From contig JAHQWH010000016.1 in the NCBI GenBank assembly GCA_029856105.1, positions 24,580 through 56,579 on the forward strand: a stretch of 32,000 nucleotides of DNA, in the 5' to 3' direction. The position numbers and the translations under genes are program-made. Shown here piece after piece: positions 1-7,144 of this stretch. This DNA comes from Promethearchaeia archaeon. Its GTDB lineage: Archaea; Asgardarchaeota; Lokiarchaeia; Sigyniarchaeales; SOKP01. The notes under the pieces are model-generated. The model ran no database searches and had not been told where the DNA came from. It was given only the letters and a program-made list of their open reading frames with translations. Within the stretch, counting starts at the first letter, position 1. Every line of letters starts with the position of its first letter.

Positions 1-577
1 CGAAAGTTTGAACTGTGCTCATCCACTTATTTAAAGCTAATTGAACCAAACTGGCTCCTTCTGCCTCCATGAACATAGGTACAACTGCCGCGCTTTCCCG
101 GGCATCTCCAATGGCAAAATAGACTTTTCGATTAATATCTTTTAACATAACGAAGTTTACGCATTCATCTAGTTTCCTTTCAACTAGAATAGTTTTAAGG
201 ATGTCAGTTTTCATTGAACTATCTTTCGTTAAAAATTTTTCTTTTCTATTCTTTAGTTTAGGCTGAACACTGGTGATTAATTTATCCCCACTACTTCCTT
301 CAGGGAAGTATTTTGTAATTCTCAAAGAATTCTCTAGAGTTTCGATCTTTATAAATTTCTTAGTGTTTGAATATAGTATAGCCTGAGAACCGCCTTTACT
401 TTCAGAGGTAGATAGTTTTATAAAAATATTTCGCATTGCAACAGTATTACTCGTATGATACGCTAATTCAAATAATTCTCGTAAAGTTACTGGTTCATTG
501 TTTTCTTCGATTTGTTTAAAAGGCCATTGAGTTGATATGACATTATTAAATTGATTTAAGAGTAAATTTTCTACCAT
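1..577 (-). CDS. hypothetical protein, N-terminal ~192 codons (3' end lies beyond the window start; not in the supplied ORF track)
   Basis: Hand translation of the minus strand from ATG (complement of 575-577) gives MVENLLLNQFNNVISTQWPFKQIEENNEPVTLRELFEL...RKVYFAIGDARESAAVVPMFMEAEGASLVQLALNKWMSTVQTF. It is open down to position 1. No family recognised. Confidence 0.5.
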   Translation of the reverse strand, partial: MVENLLLNQFNNVISTQWPFKQIEENNEPVTLRELFELAYHTSNTVAMRNIFIKLSTSESKGGSQAILYSNTKKFIKIETLENSLRITKYFPEGSSGDKLITSVQPKLKNRKEKFLTKDSSMKTDILKTILVERKLDECVNFVMLKDINRKVYFAIGDARESAAVVPMFMEAEGASLVQLALNKWMSTVQTF

Positions 578-722
578 CGTTAATAACCCTAAATATTTAG
601 TATAATATTGTTCTTCTAGTTTTTATTATTTAGTATTGAATAATTATTATGTCATCGTAATTTATTATTAAAAGCGGTATTATATCTTTCCTAACTTAAA
701 TTGAAATAATATTAGAAAATTA

Positions 723-2090
723 TTATTTTTGAGTTATTTGATCGTAAGCTTTTTCAAACCTCTCAACAGCAGATATAATATCTTCTGATGTTGCCCCAAT
801 AGCAGCGTTCAATACGATATATGGCGTTATATATTCAGTACTACATGTCCCAAATATGCTTTCTTCGGGATTATATACTCGTGGACCAGTGACTCTTAAG
901 TTATATAAAGCACCTCCTAAAGCGAATAACTGTTCTTTTTTCAAGTTATTTAAAGATACGGCAACAGCTACTGGATTAAACACATCGAGAATTTTTTCGT
1001 TGATTTTTTCGGCAACTCCTTTTAATTTACTTTCTAGTAATTTTCGATTATGTTGTTGTTCTTTTAAGAGTTTTTGGTACCCTTCTATTCCTAAAGATAA
1101 CATTGATATAAGAAAGTTCACAATTGGAGCCGCAGAAGCACGACCTGCGTAAGCTTGGCTGATTTTGGTTATAATTTCTTCGCTTGGAGATGCGATTATA
1201 GCTCCACCAACAGGAGTAAGAACATTTTTATCAGTTGATTGAATAATTGCATCCACTTTTCCAGCGTCGATACCAACTCGGATTAATTTCATCCATTCCG
1301 GACTTTGTACACCATAGGCGTTAATAACTATATGAACCAGATCGTTTTTTTTAGCAAACTTGCTAATCTCTTTAATATTGTCGTGTTCTCGAGGAGGAAA
1401 AAAGCTTGTTAAAGATATTACAGCAAAACAATCACTATCTAAACTAGCTTCAATGTCTTCGATCGGTATTCTAACTGCATCCCCAAAAATTTTCCCTTCA
1501 ACGGTTTTTATTCTCATTCCCATTAAATTAATTGCTTTTATTAGAGATTTGTGGTCAATTTGAGGAACAATTACAGTTCTTTTATTTATTAATTCTTTTT
1601 TATTCCAATTAGGTTTGAGAGCCCCTAGACATAAAGCTAAAGACATACCAGTGCATTGAGGGACGACTATTGCTTTCTTTATGTTTAACATTCCAAATTT
1701 TCTAAGGAAATTAAGAGCTAAATAATTACTGAGTTCATACATTATAGAACCTCCAGGAGCTTTTGGTTGAGGGGCTGTTAAGAATCCACTTCGTCCTATC
1801 CCGTGACAAAATCCACTTGAAGATTTTAAGTGTAAACTCGATGCAATTCTTGCTTCACGCTCTCCTACTCGAGAAGCTTTATCATCTTTGTCTGTATCCA
1901 TATTTGAAAGCATTTGAAGCAAAAATTCGATTTGACCTTCACTCCAAGGCTTTTGAGGGACAATTCTTTGCTCAAAAAGCGTTTTTATTGGTTTTAAGAA
2001 ATTATTTAAAACTAACTGCCCTCTATCTAACATATTTTGTGGAATTGATGTGCTCTTAAAATAATCAATAATTTTATTAAAGTCAAACAT
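723..2090 (-). CDS. spcS: O-phosphoseryl-tRNA(Sec) selenium transferase (SepSecS), PLP-dependent
   Basis: 455 aa. Near-collinear with my memory of human/archaeal SepSecS: VGEREARIAS, HGIGRSG...QPKAPGGS, NAYGVQS, the PLP-lysine motif QSTDKNVLTPVGGAII, and YAGRASAAP. tRNA-Sec lies immediately upstream. Confidence 0.92.
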   Translation of the reverse strand: MFDFNKIIDYFKSTSIPQNMLDRGQLVLNNFLKPIKTLFEQRIVPQKPWSEGQIEFLLQMLSNMDTDKDDKASRVGEREARIASSLHLKSSSGFCHGIGRSGFLTAPQPKAPGGSIMYELSNYLALNFLRKFGMLNIKKAIVVPQCTGMSLALCLGALKPNWNKKELINKRTVIVPQIDHKSLIKAINLMGMRIKTVEGKIFGDAVRIPIEDIEASLDSDCFAVISLTSFFPPREHDNIKEISKFAKKNDLVHIVINAYGVQSPEWMKLIRVGIDAGKVDAIIQSTDKNVLTPVGGAIIASPSEEIITKISQAYAGRASAAPIVNFLISMLSLGIEGYQKLLKEQQHNRKLLESKLKGVAEKINEKILDVFNPVAVAVSLNNLKKEQLFALGGALYNLRVTGPRVYNPEESIFGTCSTEYITPYIVLNAAIGATSEDIISAVERFEKAYDQITQK

Positions 2091-2142
2091 AAACTTCCCT
2101 TGAAATTACTTAAATTTTGAGTTTGGCGGCCCCCAGGGGGAT

Positions 2143-2172
2143 TTTCTCGAAAAGAACAAATCTCTTTCCATA
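2143..2172 (-). other. putative intron/insertion in the T loop of tRNA-Sec
   Basis: 37 nt lie between the T-stem strands instead of 7. Deleting 2143-2172 leaves UUCGAAU. The insert contains its own 7-bp hairpin, GGAAAGA (2169-2163) with UCUUUUC (2155-2149). Exact splice sites not determined. Confidence 0.45.
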
Positions 2173-2230
2173 TCGAACCCCTATCCCTCCGCAGGATAAC
2201 TGGGTTTGAAGCCCAGCGTCAGAGACCACT

Positions 2231-2262
2231 TATCGTATGAGATCGAAATGATCAAATCAAAT
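2231..2262 (-). other. putative intron/insertion in the D loop of tRNA-Sec (boundaries approximate)
   Basis: 39 nt lie between the D-stem strands. The 3'-most 7 nt (AGUGGUC) look like an ordinary D loop. The remaining ~32 nt contain a GAUC-AUUUC-GAUC hairpin. Confidence 0.35.
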
Positions 2263-2363
2263 TCCGACCGCCGGGGGCCAAATTATTTATTATAGAGATT
2301 TACTGTTAATACTTAATATTTATAGATTTAAATGAATTTTATGTTTATTTTAAATTTTCGATA

Positions 2364-3032
2364 TTATCCAATTATTCTATCTTTAATGTCTTCACAATTT
2401 ATTCGTCGACATCCAGGTGTCATTAATCCAAGATTATAGATTATGTCAATATAATTGACTATAATATGAGATGTCGCGCCAAATATGACGTATTTTTTAT
2501 TTTCTGCGGATCTGTAATTAAATTTACCTACTCCAATTAGGTCTCCTTTGAGATCGTAAGTCCTTTCTTTGTAGTTTTTTTTATTCGCAAAAAAAGTTAT
2601 TGGTATTTTTACAATTTCTTGTACTTCGTTTTCTTCTTTTACCATTCTTACATCTTTGTCGATATAGGCTACAATAGCGGTAATAATGAATCCTTTAGGT
2701 GTAAGATGGTCGTCAATAGCGCCCAAAACATTGACATTTTTTTTCGAAACTCCTAGTTCTTCTTCGAGTTCTCTTAACGCCGTATCTAAATAAGATTTAT
2801 CAAGTATTGGGTCGAATTTACCTCCGGGAAATGACATTTCTCCCGAATGTTTATCTGTTTTACTTTTGGTTCTTCGAATTAAAACTAAATCATACGGTTT
2901 ATCCTTGTATTGAAGAATTAGAAAAACGATGGCAGAATTAGTAAAATGTTCATGCGACATAGCCAAGCGATCTGAAGAGTTAAAGGCTTTCAGCTTCTTT
3001 CTAATAAAGGTGTCATCAAAAATGAAATTCAT
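2364..3032 (-). CDS. Nudix hydrolase, CoA pyrophosphatase-like (paralog 2)
   Basis: 222 aa. Nudix box GGKFDPILDKSYLDTALRELEEELGV, preceded by a CoA-pyrophosphatase-type motif LVLIRRTKSKTDKHSGEMSFPGG. Confidence 0.8.
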   Translation of the reverse strand: MNFIFDDTFIRKKLKAFNSSDRLAMSHEHFTNSAIVFLILQYKDKPYDLVLIRRTKSKTDKHSGEMSFPGGKFDPILDKSYLDTALRELEEELGVSKKNVNVLGAIDDHLTPKGFIITAIVAYIDKDVRMVKEENEVQEIVKIPITFFANKKNYKERTYDLKGDLIGVGKFNYRSAENKKYVIFGATSHIIVNYIDIIYNLGLMTPGCRRINCEDIKDRIIG

Positions 3033-3065
3033 AGGTATCAGTATTTTAGATAATGTATTAAATTA

Positions 3066-3776
3066 TTAAAATTTCTTAGTAATTTGGTTTCGATATTTGA
3101 TATACTCTTTTAAATCTTTTATTTTCTCAAGTTTAAATCGCTCCAATCCTAAATTTGAAAGAGAAAATCCATATAAGTCTTCTAGAAAAGTTACAATCAT
3201 ATAAGCTGTTGCTCCCCAAATAGTATATTTTTTGCCATTTTCTTTATTGATGTAATTAAAGTAAAATATTGGGAACTTATTGCCATCAATGTCTACAGCT
3301 TGTTCTCGAAATTTTTTTTTGTTTAAGAAAAAATCGATAGGAATTTTTAATATTTTCTGAACCTCTCTATCCTCTTTAATTAATTTTTGATTTTGATCAA
3401 TGATTGCTACAAATGGGGTGATAATATACTTCGTCATTGTAGGAAAATCGTCAAGACAACCTAGAATTTTAATATTTTTCCTTGGTACACCAATTTCTTC
3501 TTCAGTTTCTCTTAAAGCAGTGTCTTTTAAGGATTTATCGTTATTATCTTCGAATTTCCCCCCTGGAAACGACATTTCACCTCTATGGCTTGTTCCTCTA
3601 TTTGAACGATGAATTAATATTAATTCGTAGGGTTTTTCTTTGTATGGAACGATAGAAAAAAGCACTGCTGAACTTGTAAAAAAATTGTCTTTAAGAGATA
3701 CTCTCAAAGGCGAATCGCAGTCATAAAGTTTGCTCTTAATAAGATTTTCATCGAAAATTAAGTTCAAAGAATCCAT
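3066..3776 (-). CDS. Nudix hydrolase, CoA pyrophosphatase-like (paralog 1)
   Basis: 236 aa. LILIHRSNRGTSHRGEMSFPGGKFEDNNDKSLKDTALRETEEEIGV. Collinear with the neighbouring 222-aa protein over the full length. Confidence 0.8.
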   Translation of the reverse strand: MDSLNLIFDENLIKSKLYDCDSPLRVSLKDNFFTSSAVLFSIVPYKEKPYELILIHRSNRGTSHRGEMSFPGGKFEDNNDKSLKDTALRETEEEIGVPRKNIKILGCLDDFPTMTKYIITPFVAIIDQNQKLIKEDREVQKILKIPIDFFLNKKKFREQAVDIDGNKFPIFYFNYINKENGKKYTIWGATAYMIVTFLEDLYGFSLSNLGLERFKLEKIKDLKEYIKYRNQITKKF

Positions 3777-3850
3777 GAATTTTAGGAAAAATTTTAAGAT
3801 GGTAATTAATTTAAGATTATAATATTGAATCCTAATAAAATTTTTAGTAA

Positions 3851-4162
3851 GTGTTAAAATTGAAGTTACCTAAAGAACTTAGAGAGAAAGGAGACCTTAG
3901 CGCTACAGCAAGTAAGGGAAAAAGTTGTTCAGTGAAAGGCTGTGGAGAACTCGCTATAAGATCGCTTTCAGAAAATAAATGGAAAACTTACATTGAGAAA
4001 GCAAATTTAAAAATTATTGAAAACAGGCAGCATAAAATTTACCTCTGTAAAAAACATTATAAAGACGCGAATAAATATAGAAAATCCCAAGAAAAAGTAT
4101 ACCAGAAGAAGGGTTTTTTAGAAAATTCCGCTGCTCTAGGTAAAGAGAAACGTTGGGATTAA
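3851..4162 (+). CDS. hypothetical small basic protein with a putative Zn-binding C-x4-C...C-x2-H pattern
   Basis: 103 codons, GTG start directly after an in-frame TAA, no internal Met. Contains CSVKGC...(35 aa)...CKKH and is Lys-rich. No family recognised. Confidence 0.45.
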   Translation: MLKLKLPKELREKGDLSATASKGKSCSVKGCGELAIRSLSENKWKTYIEKANLKIIENRQHKIYLCKKHYKDANKYRKSQEKVYQKKGFLENSAALGKEKRWD

Positions 4163-4187
4163 CTGATACTCTTAACCTAAAACGTTT

Positions 4188-4313
4188 TTATGTAAAAAAA
4201 TTCATTTGCTCGTAAAGAGAATTAATTCTAAGATAATCGTTATTTATGATTCCTAGTGTTAGTAGAGACAAAGCGATAATAAAAATTATAAGACCAATTA
4301 GTTTTTTTCTCAT
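4188..4313 (-). CDS. possible 41-aa single-pass membrane peptide
   Basis: Hand translation gives MRKKLIGLIIFIIALSLLTLGIINNDYLRINSLYEQMNFFT*. It is below the ORF-track size cut-off and is supported only by ORF integrity and a hydrophobic segment. Confidence 0.25.
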   Translation of the reverse strand: MRKKLIGLIIFIIALSLLTLGIINNDYLRINSLYEQMNFFT

Positions 4314-4363
4314 GTTAATCAAATATTATAATATTTGAAATAAATTAAAAATTTAGGTTTATA

Positions 4364-5239
4364 TTATTTAGTAAGATTTACTAGAGTCTTAATTTTTATA
4401 TCAATTTTTTTAAGTTTTAAATCAAAATCTTTGCTTTTAGCTTTAAAATCGTCTTCAGAAATTTCTTTTGCTGAAAATCGTCCTTTGTTTAAGTTTCTCT
4501 CCGATTGGAGTTCGGCTTTTTCCATTTTTAATTCCTTAATCCAAATTTTCATTCCTTCTGTCAAGTCTTTTTTCTCCGTTTCGAAGTCCTTTTTTTCTTG
4601 GTTGTACTTTTCTCGTAGATTTTCAAACGATTCTTTATCGACTTTGTGTAATTTAAATTCTTTTGAAAGGTTTTTTAATTGAAAGATTTTCTTTTCAATA
4701 TCGTCTTGAATTCTCTGAACTATAAATGGTTTCTCTACTTTTTGCTCTAATTCGCCTTCTTTTTGTTTTAGTTCAGTTATTAAAGTTTTAATCGCTTCGA
4801 GTTTTATATTAACAGTTTTCTTAAATTCTGGATCTACATCGTATCTTGGATCTTTTACAGATTTTTGAAGTTCTTTTAGTTTTTCAATCAATAATTGTTT
4901 ATTTAATTGAGTATCATTATATTCTATGTTCAAGATCATCTGCTCCTTAACTTCAAACGGGAGAGGTTTCTCTACAATTTCTTTTTCGTCTTTTTTATCC
5001 TTTTTCTTTTTGCCTTTTTCTTCTGGTTTTTCTGATAATTCTTCGACATCTTCTTCTTTAATAGTTTCCTCCGCGGGTTCTTCCCTAAATTTTTTCTTGT
5101 CTTTAATGAATTCTTTAGCTTTTTCGACCTCGGTTTTTTCTGGCTTTTTCACGCTTGCTAGAACTGGCTTCCCACAGATTATACAGAATTTGTCATTCTC
5201 CTTTAAGGGATTGCCGCAATAAACACAGTATTTAGCCAT
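4364..5239 (-). CDS. N-terminal zinc-ribbon protein with a K/E-rich linker and long coiled-coil region
   Basis: 291 aa. YCVYCGNPLKENDKFCIICG (CxxC...CxxC), then an EEPAEETIKEEDVEELSEKPEEKGKKKKDKKDEKE tract, then heptad-like K/E/L-rich sequence. Confidence 0.7.
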   Translation of the reverse strand: MAKYCVYCGNPLKENDKFCIICGKPVLASVKKPEKTEVEKAKEFIKDKKKFREEPAEETIKEEDVEELSEKPEEKGKKKKDKKDEKEIVEKPLPFEVKEQMILNIEYNDTQLNKQLLIEKLKELQKSVKDPRYDVDPEFKKTVNIKLEAIKTLITELKQKEGELEQKVEKPFIVQRIQDDIEKKIFQLKNLSKEFKLHKVDKESFENLREKYNQEKKDFETEKKDLTEGMKIWIKELKMEKAELQSERNLNKGRFSAKEISEDDFKAKSKDFDLKLKKIDIKIKTLVNLTK

Positions 5240-5340
5240 TTAACTTTTCATTTCTCGGTTTGTTTTAAAATAAGATATAATAAAATCATATTACATTTAT
5301 AATTAAATTTTATTGGAGTCCAATAATTAAAATCGATACC

Positions 5341-5466
5341 AGCTTTAAAATTATGGTTTTATCTTTTAATATTTTTTACATTAAAAAAAATTAACTTTAA
5401 ATAACTATTTAGTCGCACCATAGATTTAATTGGTTTTTACTTGCTATTCAAATGCTAGAAATTGAG
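5341..5466 (+). repeat. copy A of a 126-nt promoter/leader/start-codon cassette (paralog of the selB upstream region)
   Basis: Gapless alignment to 7019-7144. I count 100/126 identical positions. Both edges are sharp. Confidence 0.85.
5396..5404 (+). promoter_or_regulatory. TATA-like box (TTTAAATAA) inside cassette copy A
   Basis: Sits at the same cassette offset (55) as the TATA-like box upstream of selB. About 50 nt upstream of the ATG at 5452. Confidence 0.4.
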
Positions 5467-5577
5467 CAATGGGTTAAAGAGAGTGAAGATAGATTTAAGT
5501 GTCCTCATTATTGAAAAGCAGTATCGGTATCAAGTAGAGTTTGTTATCATTGCGATGTTAAACTTTCAGGTTTATAA
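5452..5577 (+). CDS. candidate small ORF with an in-frame TGA (41 codons if UGA is decoded, 20 aa if it is a stop)
   Basis: ATG 5452, TGA 5512-5514, TAA 5575-5577. Translation: MLEIEQWVKESEDRFKCPHY[TGA]KAVSVSSRVCYHCDVKLSGL. It starts with the duplicated selB start context. No convincing SECIS seen. Confidence 0.3.
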
Positions 5578-5584
5578 AAATAAA

Positions 5585-5637
5585 AAGATGTAGATGAAAA
5601 ATCTCGGTTTCATGGATTTAGTTCAAATAAACATCTT
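5585..5637. terminator. bipartite stem-loop filling the convergent intergenic gap (possible bidirectional terminator)
   Basis: Outer stem is 7 bp, AAGATGT (5585-5591) with ACATCTT (5631-5637). Inner stem is 6 bp, ATGAAA (5594-5599) with TTTCAT (5608-5613), with an 8-nt loop. Confidence 0.4.
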
Positions 5638-6406
5638 AAGTTGGAAATAAGTGTTTCCTGCGACCTTCTGTTTTCACAAATATTAAATGATTTTTCAAAA
5701 GTTTGTCAACATGGTATTTTACTGAGTTTCTCTTCAAATTTAATTGATGGGCAATTTTGCTTGAATAAATCCCTGGTTGAGATTCAATCAAATCTAAGAT
5801 TTTTGTACTCTGTTTTGACTTAAGAAGAGACTTTATGGAATCTAAGTTTTGATCTTCATAATAAATTGGATAAAATATTGAATATTGTCCTAATTTTTCC
5901 TTTCTTATAATATTGAATTCAATTAATAAAGATAAATGCCATTGCAATTGCCCTCTATGTATTTTGCATTTTCTAATGAGATCGTTATGGTGAATTCCGG
6001 GTTCTTTAAGAATAGTATCTATTATTTTCTTACGAATTTCACTTTCAAAAATCTCATCAAACGATAAATTGTGGTTTTGGTAAATTTGAGCACTCTTTTT
6101 TTTACAATAATATTTGTAGTCATTTAGAGAAAGAACAGCGTCAATAGAGGCGATATATATCAAGTATGACGATAGTATAATTATGAGAATTAGGATTAAA
6201 TTTGGATTAAGTAATAAAAATATTATATCGAACTCATGTTGATCGTCTACAATTGGATAACCTAAATCTATTAAATTTTGACGTAGATTTATTAATATAA
6301 CTAAAAATACAGATATAAATGTGATTGGAAATAATAGGGAGTATTTAATTTTGGAAATTAGATTGGGGTTACATTCATTTATTTTTTTTTTTTGATTCAT
6401 CTTCAA
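5636..6406 (-). CDS. membrane-anchored protein with two winged-helix (ArsR/MarR-like) DNA-binding domains
   Basis: 256 aa. Two N-terminal hydrophobic segments (LLFPITFISVFLVILINL, LILILIIILSSYLIYIASI). Two wHTH-like units follow (IIDTILKEPGIHHNDLIRKCKIHRGQLQWHLSLLIEFNIIRKE and ILDLIESQPGIYSSKIAHQLNLKRNSVKYHVDKLLKNHLIFVK). Confidence 0.65.
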   Translation of the reverse strand: MKMNQKKKINECNPNLISKIKYSLLFPITFISVFLVILINLRQNLIDLGYPIVDDQHEFDIIFLLLNPNLILILIIILSSYLIYIASIDAVLSLNDYKYYCKKKSAQIYQNHNLSFDEIFESEIRKKIIDTILKEPGIHHNDLIRKCKIHRGQLQWHLSLLIEFNIIRKEKLGQYSIFYPIYYEDQNLDSIKSLLKSKQSTKILDLIESQPGIYSSKIAHQLNLKRNSVKYHVDKLLKNHLIFVKTEGRRKHLFPT

Positions 6407-6437
6407 TAATTTAATTTATTGATATTTACATAAAACT

Positions 6438-6851
6438 TTAGGTATTAATCATTCTGAAAGGTAGTCCAAAAAAAGTGCTACTACCAATTAGTTTCAATAT
6501 TTCTATTTGTTGATCAATTGTACAATAGTATATAACTAATTCCCCCTTTCCTTCACACCTCTCTTCCAAGGATACATGAATACAATCAGGATGAATTTTT
6601 TCAATAGCATCAATAATATCCTGATGATCATCTACAATTTGACGTGCTGTTTCTATATCTGGAAGAGTTTCGCAAGTGTGATACCTACCATAAAAAAAAG
6701 TATTAAATATATTAGTAGCAACAAAAGTTAGAGGAATTGCTAGAATAGAAATAATAAAGACTAGTATTATAATTAAACCAATTAACTTTTTTCCCTCTAT
6801 GAGTCTTTTAGAGTCACCATTATTTTGATAATTAAATGCACTTTTTCGCAT
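6438..6851 (-). CDS. hypothetical membrane-anchored protein with a Cys-containing extracytoplasmic domain
   Basis: 137 aa. One N-terminal TM segment (LIGLIIILVFIISILAIPLTFVA) and four Cys in the C-terminal domain. No family recognised. Confidence 0.55.
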   Translation of the reverse strand: MRKSAFNYQNNGDSKRLIEGKKLIGLIIILVFIISILAIPLTFVATNIFNTFFYGRYHTCETLPDIETARQIVDDHQDIIDAIEKIHPDCIHVSLEERCEGKGELVIYYCTIDQQIEILKLIGSSTFFGLPFRMINT

Positions 6852-7018
6852 GGGTTCTGTTCATCTATTGCTATCTTATAAGAAGAAATAAACCTATGCA
6901 ATTTTTAAATAAATTGGTCTACCTTTAGAACAATCAGCAAGTAGTGTTTTACAAACCTATACAGTAAATAAATCTGCTTCTCTTCCAATAATGAATCAAT
7001 GGGAACTCTTAAATAAAG

Positions 7019-7144
7019 AGCTTTAAAATTACATATTTATCTTTTAGTATTTTTTATATTAAAAGATATTAATTTTAAATAATTATTAAATTACATCATA
7101 GATTCATTTTATTTTTCCTTTTTATTTCAATGTTAAAAATTGAG
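7019..7144 (+). repeat. copy B of the 126-nt cassette (native selB promoter, leader and first five codons)
   Basis: See 5341-5466. Includes the selB ATG at 7130. Confidence 0.85.
7074..7082 (+). promoter_or_regulatory. TATA-like box (TTTAAATAA) upstream of selB
   Basis: A/T box about 50 nt upstream of the selB ATG. Conserved in the duplicated cassette. Confidence 0.45.

Larger units (their letters stand above)
2124..2279 (-). tRNA. tRNA-Sec (anticodon UCA), ~156-nt gene with two internal insertions, CCA encoded
   Basis: Hand fold of the minus strand. Acceptor stem is 9 bp (GGCCCCCGG, 2279-2271, with CCUGGGGGCC, 2136-2128). D stem is 6 bp (GUCGGA/UCUGAC). Anticodon stem is 6 bp with loop CUUCAAA (UCA at 2209-2207). 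Variable arm is 6 bp with loop GCGGA. T stem is 4 bp (GGGG/CCCC). Discriminator is G, followed by CCA (2126-2124). This is the 9/4 Sec-type fold. Confidence 0.88.

Noticed and set aside
856-2059. Plus-strand ORFs of 98, 67 and 98 aa (856-1152, 1360-1563, 1763-2059).
   Set aside because: They lie entirely antisense within the well-supported SepSecS gene. Their sequences are low-complexity and Ser/Phe/Leu-rich, as expected for shadow frames.
2322-2331. A 10-nt match (ATAGATTTAA) upstream of tRNA-Sec to the conserved core of the 126-nt cassette (5421-5430).
   Set aside because: It is too short to be meaningful in such A/T-rich DNA. It is on the strand opposite to the tRNA gene, and there is no flanking similarity.
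5585-5637. A stem-loop after the TGA-ORF contains AUGA on the 5' side, AA at the start of the apical loop and GGA on the 3' side. This superficially resembles a eukaryote-type (Lokiarchaeota-type) SECIS.
   Set aside because: The AUGA is fully Watson-Crick paired with UCAU in a simple 6-bp hairpin, so no tandem G.A kink-turn quartet can be drawn. Helix 2 would be far too short. I also see no archaeal GAA/A internal loop. I keep it only as a possible terminator, and a covariance-model scan is needed to settle it.
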